Program-made: the position numbers and the translations under genes
Part shown: positions 9,392-19,605 of the stretch, one piece after another
How the letters are laid out: the number at the start of each line of letters is the position of its first letter
How positions within the stretch are numbered: position 1 is the stretch's first letter
Notes under the pieces: model-generated
Database searches by the model: none
Told to the model about the DNA's origin: nothing
Seen by the model: the letters and a program-made list of their open reading frames with translations, nothing else
NCBI GenBank assembly: GCA_016214325.1
Contig: JACROS010000030.1
Coordinates: 1-45,462 of the forward strand
DNA from: Candidatus Omnitrophota bacterium
GTDB taxonomy: Bacteria; Omnitrophota; Gorgyraeia; Gygaellales; Profunditerraquicolaceae
Length of the DNA: 45,462 nt
Direction: 5' to 3'

Positions 9392-10540
9392 ATGAAAGTA
9401 AACAAAAAGATAAAAATTTTAGTTTTTGAATCCGGGGGTTGGGGAGGTATATCGCACTATGCCTATAATTTCTCAGATGCGCTTTCTAAGACTGGGCAAG
9501 CCGAGGTGGTGCTTCTAACTGACAGGGAATATGAGCTTGAACATCTTCAGAGAGAGTTTTCTTTAAGAAAGGAATCAATCCGCGGCAAACCATATATACT
9601 CGCTGTTTTAAGTGTAATTAGAAGTATTGCGGTGATTAAGCCGGATGTAATTCATGTGCAGTCGCTAATTACTGCTCGCAAAGATTGGCTGTTTTTTATT
9701 ATTGCACGTATTTTTAATCTAAAGATTGTTTATACCGCGCATAATATCTTGCCACATGAAGATTCTGAAAAACAAGCTAAGGGAATGAGGTTTGCATTTT
9801 CCATAATTTATAAATATTCTAGAAAAATTATCGTACATTCCCAGTATTCAAAAGACAGGTTGATTTCCCTTTTTGGGGTGCCAGAGGAAAAGATTTCTAT
9901 TATTTACCACGGTGATTATTTGTTTATGCGTCAGAAAGAAATGACTCAGAAAGAGGCAAGGAAAATTTTGGGGATTGCTGAGGATAAGAAAGTGATCTTG
10001 CAATTTGGTGCAATCAGGGAATATAAAGGGCTTGATACGTTAATTTATGCTTTTAAAATATTTAGTCAGGCAAATGATAAAGCTGTGCTTCTTGTGGTTG
10101 GAAAGCCAATCAGGATTAATATTTCAAACTATAAAAAATTTATTAAAGAATTGGATTTAGAGGAGAAAATTATTCTCAAAGATTATTATATCCCCCTTGA
10201 AGAAGTAGGGGTTTATTTCTTTGCAGCAGACATAGTAGTTTTGCCGTATACTGAGATAGATATGAGCGGCTCATTACAGCTTGCGTATGCTTTTGGTAAG
10301 CCCGTGCTCGCATCAAGAAGCGGAAGTTTTTCAGAAATGGTGGAAGATGGACGCAATGGGTATCTTTTCTCAAGCGGAGATACAGAAGGATTAGCGGAGC
10401 TGTTAAAGAAAGTTATTTCTGACGAAACACTTTTAAAGGCAATGGGAGTTCGTTCGCGAGAAATTGCCGAAGAAAAATTTGGCTGGAGCAAGATAGCTGA
10501 AAAAACATTAGGTCTGTATAAATTTCTAATGGGTGTTTAG
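9392..10540 (+). CDS. Family 4 glycosyltransferase
   Basis: GT-B architecture with a C-terminal E-x7-E-like region (SGSLQLAYAFGKPVLASRSGSFSEMVEDGRNGYLF). Confidence 0.8.
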   Translation: MKVNKKIKILVFESGGWGGISHYAYNFSDALSKTGQAEVVLLTDREYELEHLQREFSLRKESIRGKPYILAVLSVIRSIAVIKPDVIHVQSLITARKDWLFFIIARIFNLKIVYTAHNILPHEDSEKQAKGMRFAFSIIYKYSRKIIVHSQYSKDRLISLFGVPEEKISIIYHGDYLFMRQKEMTQKEARKILGIAEDKKVILQFGAIREYKGLDTLIYAFKIFSQANDKAVLLVVGKPIRINISNYKKFIKELDLEEKIILKDYYIPLEEVGVYFFAADIVVLPYTEIDMSGSLQLAYAFGKPVLASRSGSFSEMVEDGRNGYLFSSGDTEGLAELLKKVISDETLLKAMGVRSREIAEEKFGWSKIAEKTLGLYKFLMGV

Positions 10541-10543
10541 AAA

Positions 10544-11674
10544 ATGAATATTTTGTATTTAACAGATACAGGAAATATTATCGGCGGCGGAGAGTTTAGT
10601 TTGATTGATTTGCTGAAAAATTTACGCCGTGATGAATTTAATCCTTGTGTGGTTATGCCTTTTGAGGGCAGTTTTGCGGAAATAGTTAGGGGGCTGGGTG
10701 TTTCAGTGATTATTGTTGGGTCTAAGAAAATAAAAAACCCATTAAATATTTTTTATTCAGCAAATGCGCTAAAGCAGCTTTCTGGCATTATCAAGAAATA
10801 CAAAATAGATTTGGTCCACTCGAACTCTACGGGGGGCATATCTTTTTTAGGAAGCCTTGCTGCAAAGTTTAAAAGAATCCCTTTTGTTTGGCACGTTAGA
10901 ACTATGGATCAGGGAGTTATTAATTTTGTGCAGAGTTTATTGGCAACTAAGATTGTGGCAATTTCTCAGGCAACAAAGAATAAATTTTGGTGGTTGCCAA
11001 TGAAAAATAAGATTTCAGTAATCTATAACGGGGTGGATTTAAGAAAGTTTGATATGGAAGTTGACAGGATTAACATAAGAAAAAGCCTTGGTTGTAAAGA
11101 GGATGAATCTCTGGTCGGGACGATTGGCAGGTATCATGCTATTAAAGGTTACGAATACATTATTAAAGCAGCTGGTATTATTTTAAAAGTTTTCCCAGGA
11201 GTAAAGTTTTTTGTTGCAGGATTAGATTATAATGAAGAGAATAAAACATTGATTAGCCTAAAAAACAGTGTTAATAGGCTTAATTTAGAAGACAGGATCC
11301 TTTTGTTAGGAAAGAAAGATAGCGTTACAGAAATAATCTCTTCGTTAGATATATTTATCCTGCCTTCTTTAACAGAATCTTTTGGCAGGGTTTTAGTGGA
11401 GGCAATGGCTGCAAAAAAGCCTGTGGTTGCTTTTAATGTCGGAGGGGTTGCTGAAATTGTTGAGGACGGCAAAACAGGATTTCTGGTGAAAGCAAGAAAT
11501 TATAAGATGTTTGCCAGTAAGATTATTTATTTGCTTAAAAATCCGGAAATGGCAAGGAAAATGGGTGAAGCAGGAAGAAGGCGCTGTGAGGAATTATTCG
11601 GCATAGATTTATACGTTAAAAGAATTCAGTCTGTATATAGAGAATTAATAAATGAGAATAGCTATAGACATTAG
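10544..11674 (+). CDS. Family 4 glycosyltransferase
   Basis: GGGE N-terminal loop. PSLTESFGRVLVEAMAAKKPVVAFNVGGVAEIVEDGKTGFLV matches the canonical GT4 EX7E motif. Confidence 0.85.
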   Translation: MNILYLTDTGNIIGGGEFSLIDLLKNLRRDEFNPCVVMPFEGSFAEIVRGLGVSVIIVGSKKIKNPLNIFYSANALKQLSGIIKKYKIDLVHSNSTGGISFLGSLAAKFKRIPFVWHVRTMDQGVINFVQSLLATKIVAISQATKNKFWWLPMKNKISVIYNGVDLRKFDMEVDRINIRKSLGCKEDESLVGTIGRYHAIKGYEYIIKAAGIILKVFPGVKFFVAGLDYNEENKTLISLKNSVNRLNLEDRILLLGKKDSVTEIISSLDIFILPSLTESFGRVLVEAMAAKKPVVAFNVGGVAEIVEDGKTGFLVKARNYKMFASKIIYLLKNPEMARKMGEAGRRRCEELFGIDLYVKRIQSVYRELINENSYRH

Positions 11675-12737
11675 AGAGTTAAGAACGGATAGCCTTACTG
11701 GTATAGCGCGTATCTTGCGTACAGCTTTACCGTTATTGGCCAGAGATAATCGTAATCAGTATGTGCTTTTTGCCAACCAGTTTACCGATACAGCGAATTT
11801 ATCTGCGGCAAATATGAAGATAGTCAGCAGAAAAGAATTCTTTACGTTTTTCTATGATCAGTTTACTTTGCCAGTTCTTTTAAAGAAAGAGAAAATAGAT
11901 GTGTTTCTTTCGCCGTATTTTAAATGTCCATTAGTTAAGGTGTGTAAGTATATAGTTTATATCCACGATTTGCATTTTCTAAAACCAATATTAAGGAAAG
12001 GCGTGGAAAAATTAAGGCCTTATTTAACATATTTAAAGCTGGTTTTGAAGGTAGCAGACAAAGTTATTACCGTTAGCAACTTTTCCAAGAAAGAGATAAT
12101 AAAGATTTTAAATGTCCCGGAAGAAAAAATTGATGTAATTTATAATCCTATAGGAGATAACTTCTTAAATTTTTTACCGGATAATAACAAGAACGAAGAG
12201 GTTAGGGTTAAGTACGGCTTGCCAGACAAATATTTTCTTTATGTAGGGAATTTCTTTGCTCATAAGAATGTCCAAGGTTTAATTATGGCTTATAAAATTC
12301 TGCCTAAGGAATTATTAGAGGGTTACAATCTTGTTTTAGTGGGCAAAAAAGATGTTAATCTTAGGAAAATTCAGAATTTAATTAGCTCTCTTGGATTAGA
12401 AGAAAGAATTAAGGTAATTGATTTTGTTTGTGATAATGATATACCTTATATTTATCATGGCGCAAGTTTGTTTATTTATCCGTCTTTTTATGAGGGGTTT
12501 GGTTATCCTCCATTAGAAGCATTGGCGTGTGGAACAAAGGTAATTTCTTCTGATGCTGCTTCTTTACCGGAAGTGCTGAAAGATAAGGTTGTTTATTTTA
12601 ATCCACAGGCTCCGGAATCTATTAAAAATGCAATTTTACAAGGCCTAGAACAGCCTTCTCCGAAGGTGGAAGAGTTGTTAAGCATGTATAAATCAGACAA
12701 GTTTATAAGGGAGCTTACTCAGAATGTTAGTATTTGA
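11652..12737 (+). CDS. Family 4 glycosyltransferase
   Basis: MRIAIDIREL start typical of GT4. PSFYEGFGYPPLEALACGTKVISSDAASLPEV C-terminal motif. Confidence 0.8.
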   Translation: MRIAIDIRELRTDSLTGIARILRTALPLLARDNRNQYVLFANQFTDTANLSAANMKIVSRKEFFTFFYDQFTLPVLLKKEKIDVFLSPYFKCPLVKVCKYIVYIHDLHFLKPILRKGVEKLRPYLTYLKLVLKVADKVITVSNFSKKEIIKILNVPEEKIDVIYNPIGDNFLNFLPDNNKNEEVRVKYGLPDKYFLYVGNFFAHKNVQGLIMAYKILPKELLEGYNLVLVGKKDVNLRKIQNLISSLGLEERIKVIDFVCDNDIPYIYHGASLFIYPSFYEGFGYPPLEALACGTKVISSDAASLPEVLKDKVVYFNPQAPESIKNAILQGLEQPSPKVEELLSMYKSDKFIRELTQNVSI

Positions 12738-13365
12738 AGTAATATTTGATAAAATCCGGTTAATTTTCCGCATTTTACAAGGAGGAACATCTTCTTCTGG
12801 TTTAATACCTGAGATTATACGTAAAAAGGCTTTGCGTATTTTAAAGCACAGTAAAGGCAGGCTTCTTGATGTTGGTTGCGGAGAAGGGTTATTTTTAAAG
12901 AACTGTATTTTGAAGAAAGACTTGCAATGTTTAGGTGTTGATTTGGCATTTTATAGTTTACAAGAAGCCAGAAAAAGGCATCCACTGGTTAGTAATTTGA
13001 TTATGGCAGATACTAGATTCTTGCCGATAAAGGATGATTCTTTAGATTGCGTGGTTATGTTGAATTTTTCCATTAATATTGCTCATTACGTGGATTTGTT
13101 GGTTATTTTTAGAGAGATTAAGCGGGTATTAAGAAGAGATGGGTTGGTGATTTTTGATTTTAGAGAAAGAAATAATTTTATTAATTACCTCCGGTTTAAA
13201 TTCTTGCGTTTATATGATAGAAAAGTGCCAATTGTAAATACTTATAGCATAGGTGATTTTAAGGATTTCTTTGAAGACGAGCAGTTAGAGATAGAGCAGT
13301 TTCATTCGTTATTTTTGGGGACAGCAAAGTTGGTGGTGTTAGGGCGCAAAATTGAAAATGAATAA
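12724..13365 (+). CDS. Class I SAM-dependent methyltransferase
   Basis: LLDVGCGEGLF motif I and LRRDGLVIFDF post-motif. Confidence 0.75.
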   Translation: MLVFEVIFDKIRLIFRILQGGTSSSGLIPEIIRKKALRILKHSKGRLLDVGCGEGLFLKNCILKKDLQCLGVDLAFYSLQEARKRHPLVSNLIMADTRFLPIKDDSLDCVVMLNFSINIAHYVDLLVIFREIKRVLRRDGLVIFDFRERNNFINYLRFKFLRLYDRKVPIVNTYSIGDFKDFFEDEQLEIEQFHSLFLGTAKLVVLGRKIENE

Positions 13366-14497
13366 GAGAATTTTATTTATAACCTATGATTTTCCTCCTA
13401 TTGCAAGCGGGATTTCTACTTATTTTAACCATCTTTGGAAAGGGTTGAATGGGGTTGATGTGTTTATTTTGGCTCCGAGATTAGAAAATGATGATGAAAT
13501 TGATAGAAATTATTTACATAAAATTTTACGCTATCAAAAATTCTTTGGTTTAAAGTTCTTGCGGGTTTTAGCTTTAATTCCTGTTATTGCCCGGCATATT
13601 AGAAAACACAGGATTGATGCTGTTTTTTGCGGAGTGCCGGTAAGTTTAGGTTTTTTAGGCTGGTTATTTAAGAAAATATTTGGTTTGCCTTATGTGGTTT
13701 TTTATTACGGCGGAGAGTATGATAAATTTAGAAAGAATGTTTTTATTTTTGACATATTAAAACAAAATTTAAAACAAGCAGATGCAGTAATTACGATTAG
13801 TGATTTTACAACAAATGAAGTTTTGAAGTTCGGAATTGACCGTAAAAGGGTAATTAAGATTACTCCTGGAATTGATACAGATAAATTTAGGCCAGGGCTA
13901 GATATGTTGGGGTTAAGGAATAAATTTGGCTTAGAAGGAAAAGCTGTGCTTTTGACAGTTGCGCGTTTGGTTAAAAGAAAAGGCATTGATTCAATGATTA
14001 TGGCTCTACCTAAAGTTATTCAGCAAAATAGAAATATTAAATATCTTATTGTTGGTGTTGGCAGTGATGAAAAATATTTTAGGGATTTGGTAAAGGACAA
14101 CAAGCTTGGCGAGTATGTTGAATTTGCAGGCAGGGTTTCAGATGACGAGCTTCCTTTGTATTACAATGTTTGTGATATTTTTGTGATGCCGAATAAAAAA
14201 ACTTATGGACGTGAAGTGCTTGAGGGTTTTGGTATTTCGTTTTTAGAGGCTTCAAGTTGTCAGAAGCCGGTTATCGGAGGCTTGTCAGGCGGCTCGAGTG
14301 AAGCAGTGGTTGATGGTAAAACTGGATTGTTAATTGATCCAGAGAATATAGAGTTATTGGCGCAGTCAATTTTAAGCTTAATTAATAATCAGGCCTTTGC
14401 AGATGAATTAGCCAAAAACGCAAGGGAGCGTGCAAAAAATGAGTTTAGTTGGCAGCAAAGATCTGAGCAGTTGAGGCAAATAATATTAAATATATGA
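13358..14497 (+). CDS. Family 4 glycosyltransferase
   Basis: EGFGISFLEASSCQKPVIGGLSGGSSEAVVDGKTGLLI EX7E motif. Start at ATG 13358 (MNKRILFITYDF); TTG 13352 is an alternative. Confidence 0.8.
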   Translation: MNKRILFITYDFPPIASGISTYFNHLWKGLNGVDVFILAPRLENDDEIDRNYLHKILRYQKFFGLKFLRVLALIPVIARHIRKHRIDAVFCGVPVSLGFLGWLFKKIFGLPYVVFYYGGEYDKFRKNVFIFDILKQNLKQADAVITISDFTTNEVLKFGIDRKRVIKITPGIDTDKFRPGLDMLGLRNKFGLEGKAVLLTVARLVKRKGIDSMIMALPKVIQQNRNIKYLIVGVGSDEKYFRDLVKDNKLGEYVEFAGRVSDDELPLYYNVCDIFVMPNKKTYGREVLEGFGISFLEASSCQKPVIGGLSGGSSEAVVDGKTGLLIDPENIELLAQSILSLINNQAFADELAKNARERAKNEFSWQQRSEQLRQIILNI

Positions 14498-15654
14498 TTC
14501 CATTTATTTGTCAACGTTTTTTCTTTAAGGATTTTCTTAAGTCATTTTTTGTAAAGGATATTGATGATGAGCTAAAACGTATCCTGGAAGAAACTTTTGT
14601 CAATAAAGAAATCTTTTATACTAATTGTGCAAAGACTTCTTTATATGCGGCGCTGGCTGTTTTAAAAAATAATTCTGTCCGCAGTAAAGTAATTTTACCA
14701 GCATACACTGATTCAGGATTAGTTGCTGTAATTAAAAAAGCAAGGTTAACTCCTATTTTATGCGACAATAGCCTTAAAGATTTTAATCTTGATTTAGAGA
14801 AGGCAAAACTTTTGCTTAATAATGATGTGTTAGCTGTAATTTCGCCGTGTATGTTTGGTGTTCCGCAAGATTTAGAGGAATTTAATAAATTTTGTTTTGA
14901 ACGCGGAATATATTTGATAGAAGATTTTGCGCAGGGCTTTGGTTCTAGTTTTAAAGGCAAGGCTGTAGGTAATTATTCCCATTTTAGTTTTACAAGTCTT
15001 GCCCGCGGCAAAAATGTTTCTACTTATAGCGGAGGCATACTTTTTGTGGATAAGGAATTTGCCCTTGATATTCGGCGGGAGATTGATAAATTAGCCAAGC
15101 CGTGTTTATTGATTGCCTTAAGGGATTTTATCTTGTATCAATTGGTTTGTATTCTGAGCCATCCTGCGGTGTATTCTTTTATTGGGATATTTGTTTCTGG
15201 TTTTAAGAAGCAAAAGCCAGTTTTTGATTTTAAATTGGGCCGGATGCCGCAATTTAAGAAACACCTTTTATATGCAAATTTATTAAATCTAAATAAATTA
15301 GTTTTGCCGAAGATAAATTTTGGAAAACAACTTTACCTTCAGTTAAAAGATAAGAAAGATCAGGTATTGATTCCTCAGATTAGCGAGGAGATGGAGGTTT
15401 GTTATAATCGTTTTCCAGTGATTATCAAGGATAAGAAAAAGCTATTGCTTTGTAGAGAAGAACTAAATAGGGCTGGCATTGAGGCGAATTGTTTTTATGG
15501 AAAAACCTTGTTTGATTTCTATCCAGAGTTAGTTCAGCTTCGAAATAAAAGTGAGTTTATTAATGCAAAAATGCTGGCTGATAATTTGTTGGTATTTCCT
15601 GTAAATTGTTTTATGAATAAAAAAAACCTGGAAAGGATAGTAAGTATATTATGA
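14494..15654 (+). CDS. DegT/DnrJ/EryC1/StrS-like PLP-dependent sugar aminotransferase/dehydratase family protein (divergent)
   Basis: LIEDFAQGFGSSFKGKAVG and FSFTSLARGKNVSTYSGG align to the family's ED-A-Q-A-G and SF-x-x-K-x-x-x-GEGG (PLP lysine) motifs. Confidence 0.55.
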   Translation: MIPFICQRFFFKDFLKSFFVKDIDDELKRILEETFVNKEIFYTNCAKTSLYAALAVLKNNSVRSKVILPAYTDSGLVAVIKKARLTPILCDNSLKDFNLDLEKAKLLLNNDVLAVISPCMFGVPQDLEEFNKFCFERGIYLIEDFAQGFGSSFKGKAVGNYSHFSFTSLARGKNVSTYSGGILFVDKEFALDIRREIDKLAKPCLLIALRDFILYQLVCILSHPAVYSFIGIFVSGFKKQKPVFDFKLGRMPQFKKHLLYANLLNLNKLVLPKINFGKQLYLQLKDKKDQVLIPQISEEMEVCYNRFPVIIKDKKKLLLCREELNRAGIEANCFYGKTLFDFYPELVQLRNKSEFINAKMLADNLLVFPVNCFMNKKNLERIVSIL

Positions 15655-16814
15655 TTCCTTTGGCTAATTTAAGACGGACATTTATAAAAGCATTTGAGCA
15701 GCCGCTATATGCGCTAAAAATGTTTTTTATCCGTGGTATTGATTATTTGTTTTATAGATTTGGAACAGGGCGGTCATTTCTCCCTGAGGCGGTTACTATT
15801 TTCCTGACTTATCTTTGTAATTTGCGTTGCAAGATGTGCGGACAGTGGGGGGAGGAAGGTGTTTGCAAGGGTTTTTCTAAAGAAGAAGTTTCCAGCCAGC
15901 TTGATTTTGCACAAATCAAAAAGTTTATTGACGAGGTTAGTTTTTACCGTCCGAGTATTACCTTATTTGGCGGGGAGCCGCTTCTTTATAAAGATTTTAA
16001 GCAAACCTTTAGTTATATAAAACAAAGGAAATTACACTGTGTTTTGATTACCAATACCTCTATTTTAAAAGATTATGCTCCATTATTAGTAGAGATGGGT
16101 TTGGATGAATTAAATATTTCTGTTGATGGGCCGCAGGAAATTCATGATCAAATCCGCGGAATTCCGGGTTTATTTAAGCAGATTGAAGAAAATATCGCTT
16201 ATTTAAATCAATGCAAGGAAAGGTTTAGTAAGAAAAAACCGCTTCTTCATATTGAGTTTACTATTACTAAATTTAATGTTGACTATATGCTGGAAATGGT
16301 GGATGTTGCTCGGCAATTTAAGGCTACGAGCCTTAGTTTTCATCACTTGATTTTCTTGAGTAATAAGCTTTATGTTGAACAAGAGAAAGCCTTTTCAGGG
16401 CTTTTTAATGCCTCCAGTCGTTGGTGGAAAGGCTTTGTGCTTGAAGATAGCGGCATTGATACAACTAAATTATCCGAGAATATTAATAAACTGCAAAAGC
16501 TTAGAATAAAAGATTTGCAAATTGATATTTATCCAAATATCAAGGGCTCAGAGATTAATGAATATTATCACAATTTATCATTTATTCCTTCTGGATATAA
16601 CAAAAGATGTCTCAGCCCTTGGTTGACTTGTTATATTTTTCCAGATGGCACTGTCAGGCCATGCCTGGATATGGAGCATAAGGCTGGAAATGTGAAAGAT
16701 AAAAAGTTCTTAGAAATCTGGAACAGCTTGGAATTTATTCATTACCGCCGGGTGCTTAAGCAGAAAAAGTTATTTCCTGCTTGTGTGCGTTGTAGCGAGC
16801 TGTATCGTTATTGA
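15651..16814 (+). CDS. Radical SAM enzyme with C-terminal SPASM-like Cys-rich domain
   Basis: CNLRCKMCGQWG (CX3CX2C) cluster motif and GGEPLL. C-terminal cysteines CLSPW..C...PDGTVRPC....CVRC are typical of SPASM/twitch auxiliary cluster domains. Confidence 0.85.
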   Translation: MIPLANLRRTFIKAFEQPLYALKMFFIRGIDYLFYRFGTGRSFLPEAVTIFLTYLCNLRCKMCGQWGEEGVCKGFSKEEVSSQLDFAQIKKFIDEVSFYRPSITLFGGEPLLYKDFKQTFSYIKQRKLHCVLITNTSILKDYAPLLVEMGLDELNISVDGPQEIHDQIRGIPGLFKQIEENIAYLNQCKERFSKKKPLLHIEFTITKFNVDYMLEMVDVARQFKATSLSFHHLIFLSNKLYVEQEKAFSGLFNASSRWWKGFVLEDSGIDTTKLSENINKLQKLRIKDLQIDIYPNIKGSEINEYYHNLSFIPSGYNKRCLSPWLTCYIFPDGTVRPCLDMEHKAGNVKDKKFLEIWNSLEFIHYRRVLKQKKLFPACVRCSELYRY

Positions 16815-17992
16815 CCAAGATTATGGAAGATAATCAAAAAGTTAAAATTGCTTATGTAATTACCCGCCTTGAAAGAGGCGGTTCTCCAGATGTGGTGCTA
16901 TCGTTATTTCAACATTTGGATGAGAAGCGATTTGACAAGTACCTTATTTATGGCCCTACTAATAATTTCCCTCCGTGTTTTGATGCCATTAAGCAGGCTT
17001 ATAAAGATAGAATAATTTTTCTTCCTTCGCTTGTACGTAGTATTAATCCTGTTAAAGATTTTATTGCCTTTAATTTCTTGTTAGATTTCTTTAAGAAACA
17101 AAAAATTCAAATTGTGCATACGCATACCTCGAAAGCTGGTTTTGTTGCCCGGCTTGCGGCTAAGTTTTCCAGAGTTCCTATAATTATTCACACTCCCCAT
17201 GGCCATGTTTTTTACGGTTATTTTAATGTTGTAATGAATAAGTTGATTATTTTCTTAGAGAGGATGCTGGCAAGGATTACTGATAAGATTATTACTCTTA
17301 CTGAGGCAGGAAAAGCTGACCATGTGCGTTTTAAGATTGCTGATGCTGATAAATTTGTTCCGATTTATTGCGGGATAAATTTAGAAAAGTTTTTAAATAC
17401 CTCGGTTGACAAAGCGTTGTTAAAAGAAAAGCTTGGGATAAAAGAAAGGTTTATTGTAGGCACAGTTTCCCGGCTTGATCCGGTAAAGGGTGTTCAGTAT
17501 TTTGTAAGGGCGGCCAAATTAATTAGCGAAAGAATTGTTGATGTAAAGTTTGTGATTGTCGGAGATGGAAAAGAAAAGAAGAGATTGATAAAATTGGCAC
17601 ACGCTCTTGGTATAAAAGACAAGATTTTATTCTTGGGATTTAGCGATAATGTGGAGCAGATTTTACGCGTATTTGATGTTTTTGTTTTAAGTTCATTAAA
17701 TGAGGGTTTAGGTAGGGCAATTTTGGAGGCGATGGCTTCTGAGGTAGCAGTTGTTGCTACTAATGTGGGGGGCGTGCCAAGTATTATTAATGACCAGGAA
17801 AACGGCATTTTGGTTGGGTCAAAAGATTTTAAAATGATTGCCGGTGGAGTTATACATCTTTTAAAAAATGAAGATTTGCGCAAGACCATTATTAAGAATG
17901 CGCTATCAGGTGTTAAAGCCAAGTTTAAAGAAGAAAGCATGTTTGAAAAGACCTTCAAGCTTTATGACGAGTTAATCAGCCAAAAACTATGA
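16811..17992 (+). CDS. Family 4 glycosyltransferase
   Basis: ERGGSP N-terminal loop and SSLNEGLGRAILEAMASEVAVVATNVGGVPSIINDQENGILV EX7E motif. TTG 16811 overlaps the upstream stop (TTGA); ATG 16823 is an alternative start. Confidence 0.8.
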   Translation: MTKIMEDNQKVKIAYVITRLERGGSPDVVLSLFQHLDEKRFDKYLIYGPTNNFPPCFDAIKQAYKDRIIFLPSLVRSINPVKDFIAFNFLLDFFKKQKIQIVHTHTSKAGFVARLAAKFSRVPIIIHTPHGHVFYGYFNVVMNKLIIFLERMLARITDKIITLTEAGKADHVRFKIADADKFVPIYCGINLEKFLNTSVDKALLKEKLGIKERFIVGTVSRLDPVKGVQYFVRAAKLISERIVDVKFVIVGDGKEKKRLIKLAHALGIKDKILFLGFSDNVEQILRVFDVFVLSSLNEGLGRAILEAMASEVAVVATNVGGVPSIINDQENGILVGSKDFKMIAGGVIHLLKNEDLRKTIIKNALSGVKAKFKEESMFEKTFKLYDELISQKL

Positions 17993-19242
17993 GAATATTC
18001 ATTTTTTTTGTTTTTTTAGGTTTTTTTGTTAATTGTTATGCCATTGAGCCAGTTAAGGTTGCAATGGACGTGGAGAGTTCGGCTGGCGAAGGAGAAGTTA
18101 GTTTGGAGAATATTGCTAAGATTGCTCAAAGCTTGGGAATTGATGCGGTAATTATAGGGGAGCAATATTGTGCGCGTTTTGAATATGGAATTGGGCCATT
18201 AAGGAGAATCTTTAGGAAAACTTATTTGGGAGATTCTGCTTGTAAATATGGGCTTGAAAGATATCTGCGTTTATTTGATGAAATTAATAAAAATTCAAAG
18301 GTTTTAATGATTGAGGGTTTTGAAGCTGCTCCTTATTATTGGTGGCGCGGATCATTTTTTAAGGGGGATTTGCAATTAGTTGACTGGCACAGGCAGTTTA
18401 TTGTTACTGGGCTAGATTTATATGGTTATCGGGATCTTCCTGTGACATCTACAGGTAAGTCAAAATATTCTCCTTATGATGCAAAGAAGTGGCTTGAACC
18501 GTATCAGGACTTTGTTGATTATGTGCAGCAAAGAGGAGGCTTGGTATTTTGGGCACATCCTGATGAAGGCCATAGCGAGAAAATCCGCGGTATTACTGTC
18601 AGCACCCAGCCTTATCCAGAGATGTTGAAAAGAATAGATGGTTTTACTGGATTTGGTATTTTCTTCGGGGGTTATGAGGAGACTGGAAGGCTCGGAGGAA
18701 TTTGGGATCAAATATTACTTGAATATTGTAGCGGCAGGCGTAAATATCCGGTTTGGGCAATTGGTGAGCTGGATTATTCTAGTAGTAAAGAAATTGGAAG
18801 AATTGATGAAATGCTTAATTTTGTTTTTGTTGAACAAAAGACAAGAAAAGATGTTTTATCAGCGATGAAAAAGGGCAGATTGTATGTTTCATGGGGAATG
18901 CATCGAAAAGGAATATTTTTGGGAGAATGGTTTCTGAGGGATGTTTCTAACAAGGAAAAAGCTTATGCTGGAGAAACTCTTTTTTGTGGGCCCAAAGTAC
19001 AGTTAGTTTTAAGTTTGAGATTTGAGAAAAAGCTAGATTCTGTCTTAACAATTAATATCTTGAAAAACGCGCAATTGTTTGATATAAAAGAAGTAACAAA
19101 GATTAATGGTAAGGAAGCTGAAATCACGATTGAGGACAACTTGGAGCCGGGGCAAAACGGTTATTTTCGCATAGAGGCGAAATGCCGGGGCGCACAGCTT
19201 ATTACAAACCCGATTTTTTATAAATATGAAAACAAAAAATAA
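17989..19242 (+). CDS. Secreted/periplasmic PHP-like (CehA/McbA-like metallohydrolase fold) protein with a degenerate N-terminal metal site
   Basis: Signal-peptide-like N-terminus MRIFIFFVFLGFFVNCYA. GIDAVIIGEQY and VFWAHPDEGH resemble PHP-domain strands. The canonical D-x-H-x-H start is replaced by MDVESS. Confidence 0.45.
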   Translation: MRIFIFFVFLGFFVNCYAIEPVKVAMDVESSAGEGEVSLENIAKIAQSLGIDAVIIGEQYCARFEYGIGPLRRIFRKTYLGDSACKYGLERYLRLFDEINKNSKVLMIEGFEAAPYYWWRGSFFKGDLQLVDWHRQFIVTGLDLYGYRDLPVTSTGKSKYSPYDAKKWLEPYQDFVDYVQQRGGLVFWAHPDEGHSEKIRGITVSTQPYPEMLKRIDGFTGFGIFFGGYEETGRLGGIWDQILLEYCSGRRKYPVWAIGELDYSSSKEIGRIDEMLNFVFVEQKTRKDVLSAMKKGRLYVSWGMHRKGIFLGEWFLRDVSNKEKAYAGETLFCGPKVQLVLSLRFEKKLDSVLTINILKNAQLFDIKEVTKINGKEAEITIEDNLEPGQNGYFRIEAKCRGAQLITNPIFYKYENKK

Positions 19243-19600
19243 GATTTTGATTGTTGACGACGAGACGGAGCTTAGCGATTTGTTGAAATTGAGATTTGGC
19301 GCTTTGGGATACAAAGTTTCTTCAGCTGCTGATGGCGAAGAAGCGCTTAACGCGGTAAAAATAGACAAGCCGGATTTGATTCTTTTAGATATCATGCTTC
19401 CTAAGTTAGATGGGATTTCAGTTTTGTTAAAACTAAAATCAGATCCTGCTTTTAAGGAGATTCCTGTTTTTATGCTTTCTGCTATTGCTCAAGATGAAGA
19501 GGTAAGAGTCGCCTTGAGCCTTGGGGCTGAGGGTTATGTCAAGAAGCCTTTTGATAAGGATGAGTTGATTTCAAAGGTGCAGGGTGCGCTTAAGGAATAA
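19226..19600 (+). CDS. Single-domain response regulator receiver (CheY-like)
   Basis: ILIVDDE, LILLDIMLPKLDG (phospho-acceptor Asp) and GYVKKPF motifs. Confidence 0.85.
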   Translation: MKTKNKILIVDDETELSDLLKLRFGALGYKVSSAADGEEALNAVKIDKPDLILLDIMLPKLDGISVLLKLKSDPAFKEIPVFMLSAIAQDEEVRVALSLGAEGYVKKPFDKDELISKVQGALKE

Positions 19601-19605
19601 TATAA

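Noticed and set aside
18638-18868. Same-strand alternative-frame ORFs inside genes (18638-18868, 28543-28746, 35858-36073, 37238-37474)
   Set aside because: They are embedded in longer ORFs with clear homology-type motifs, and they have no RBS or recognisable features of their own.
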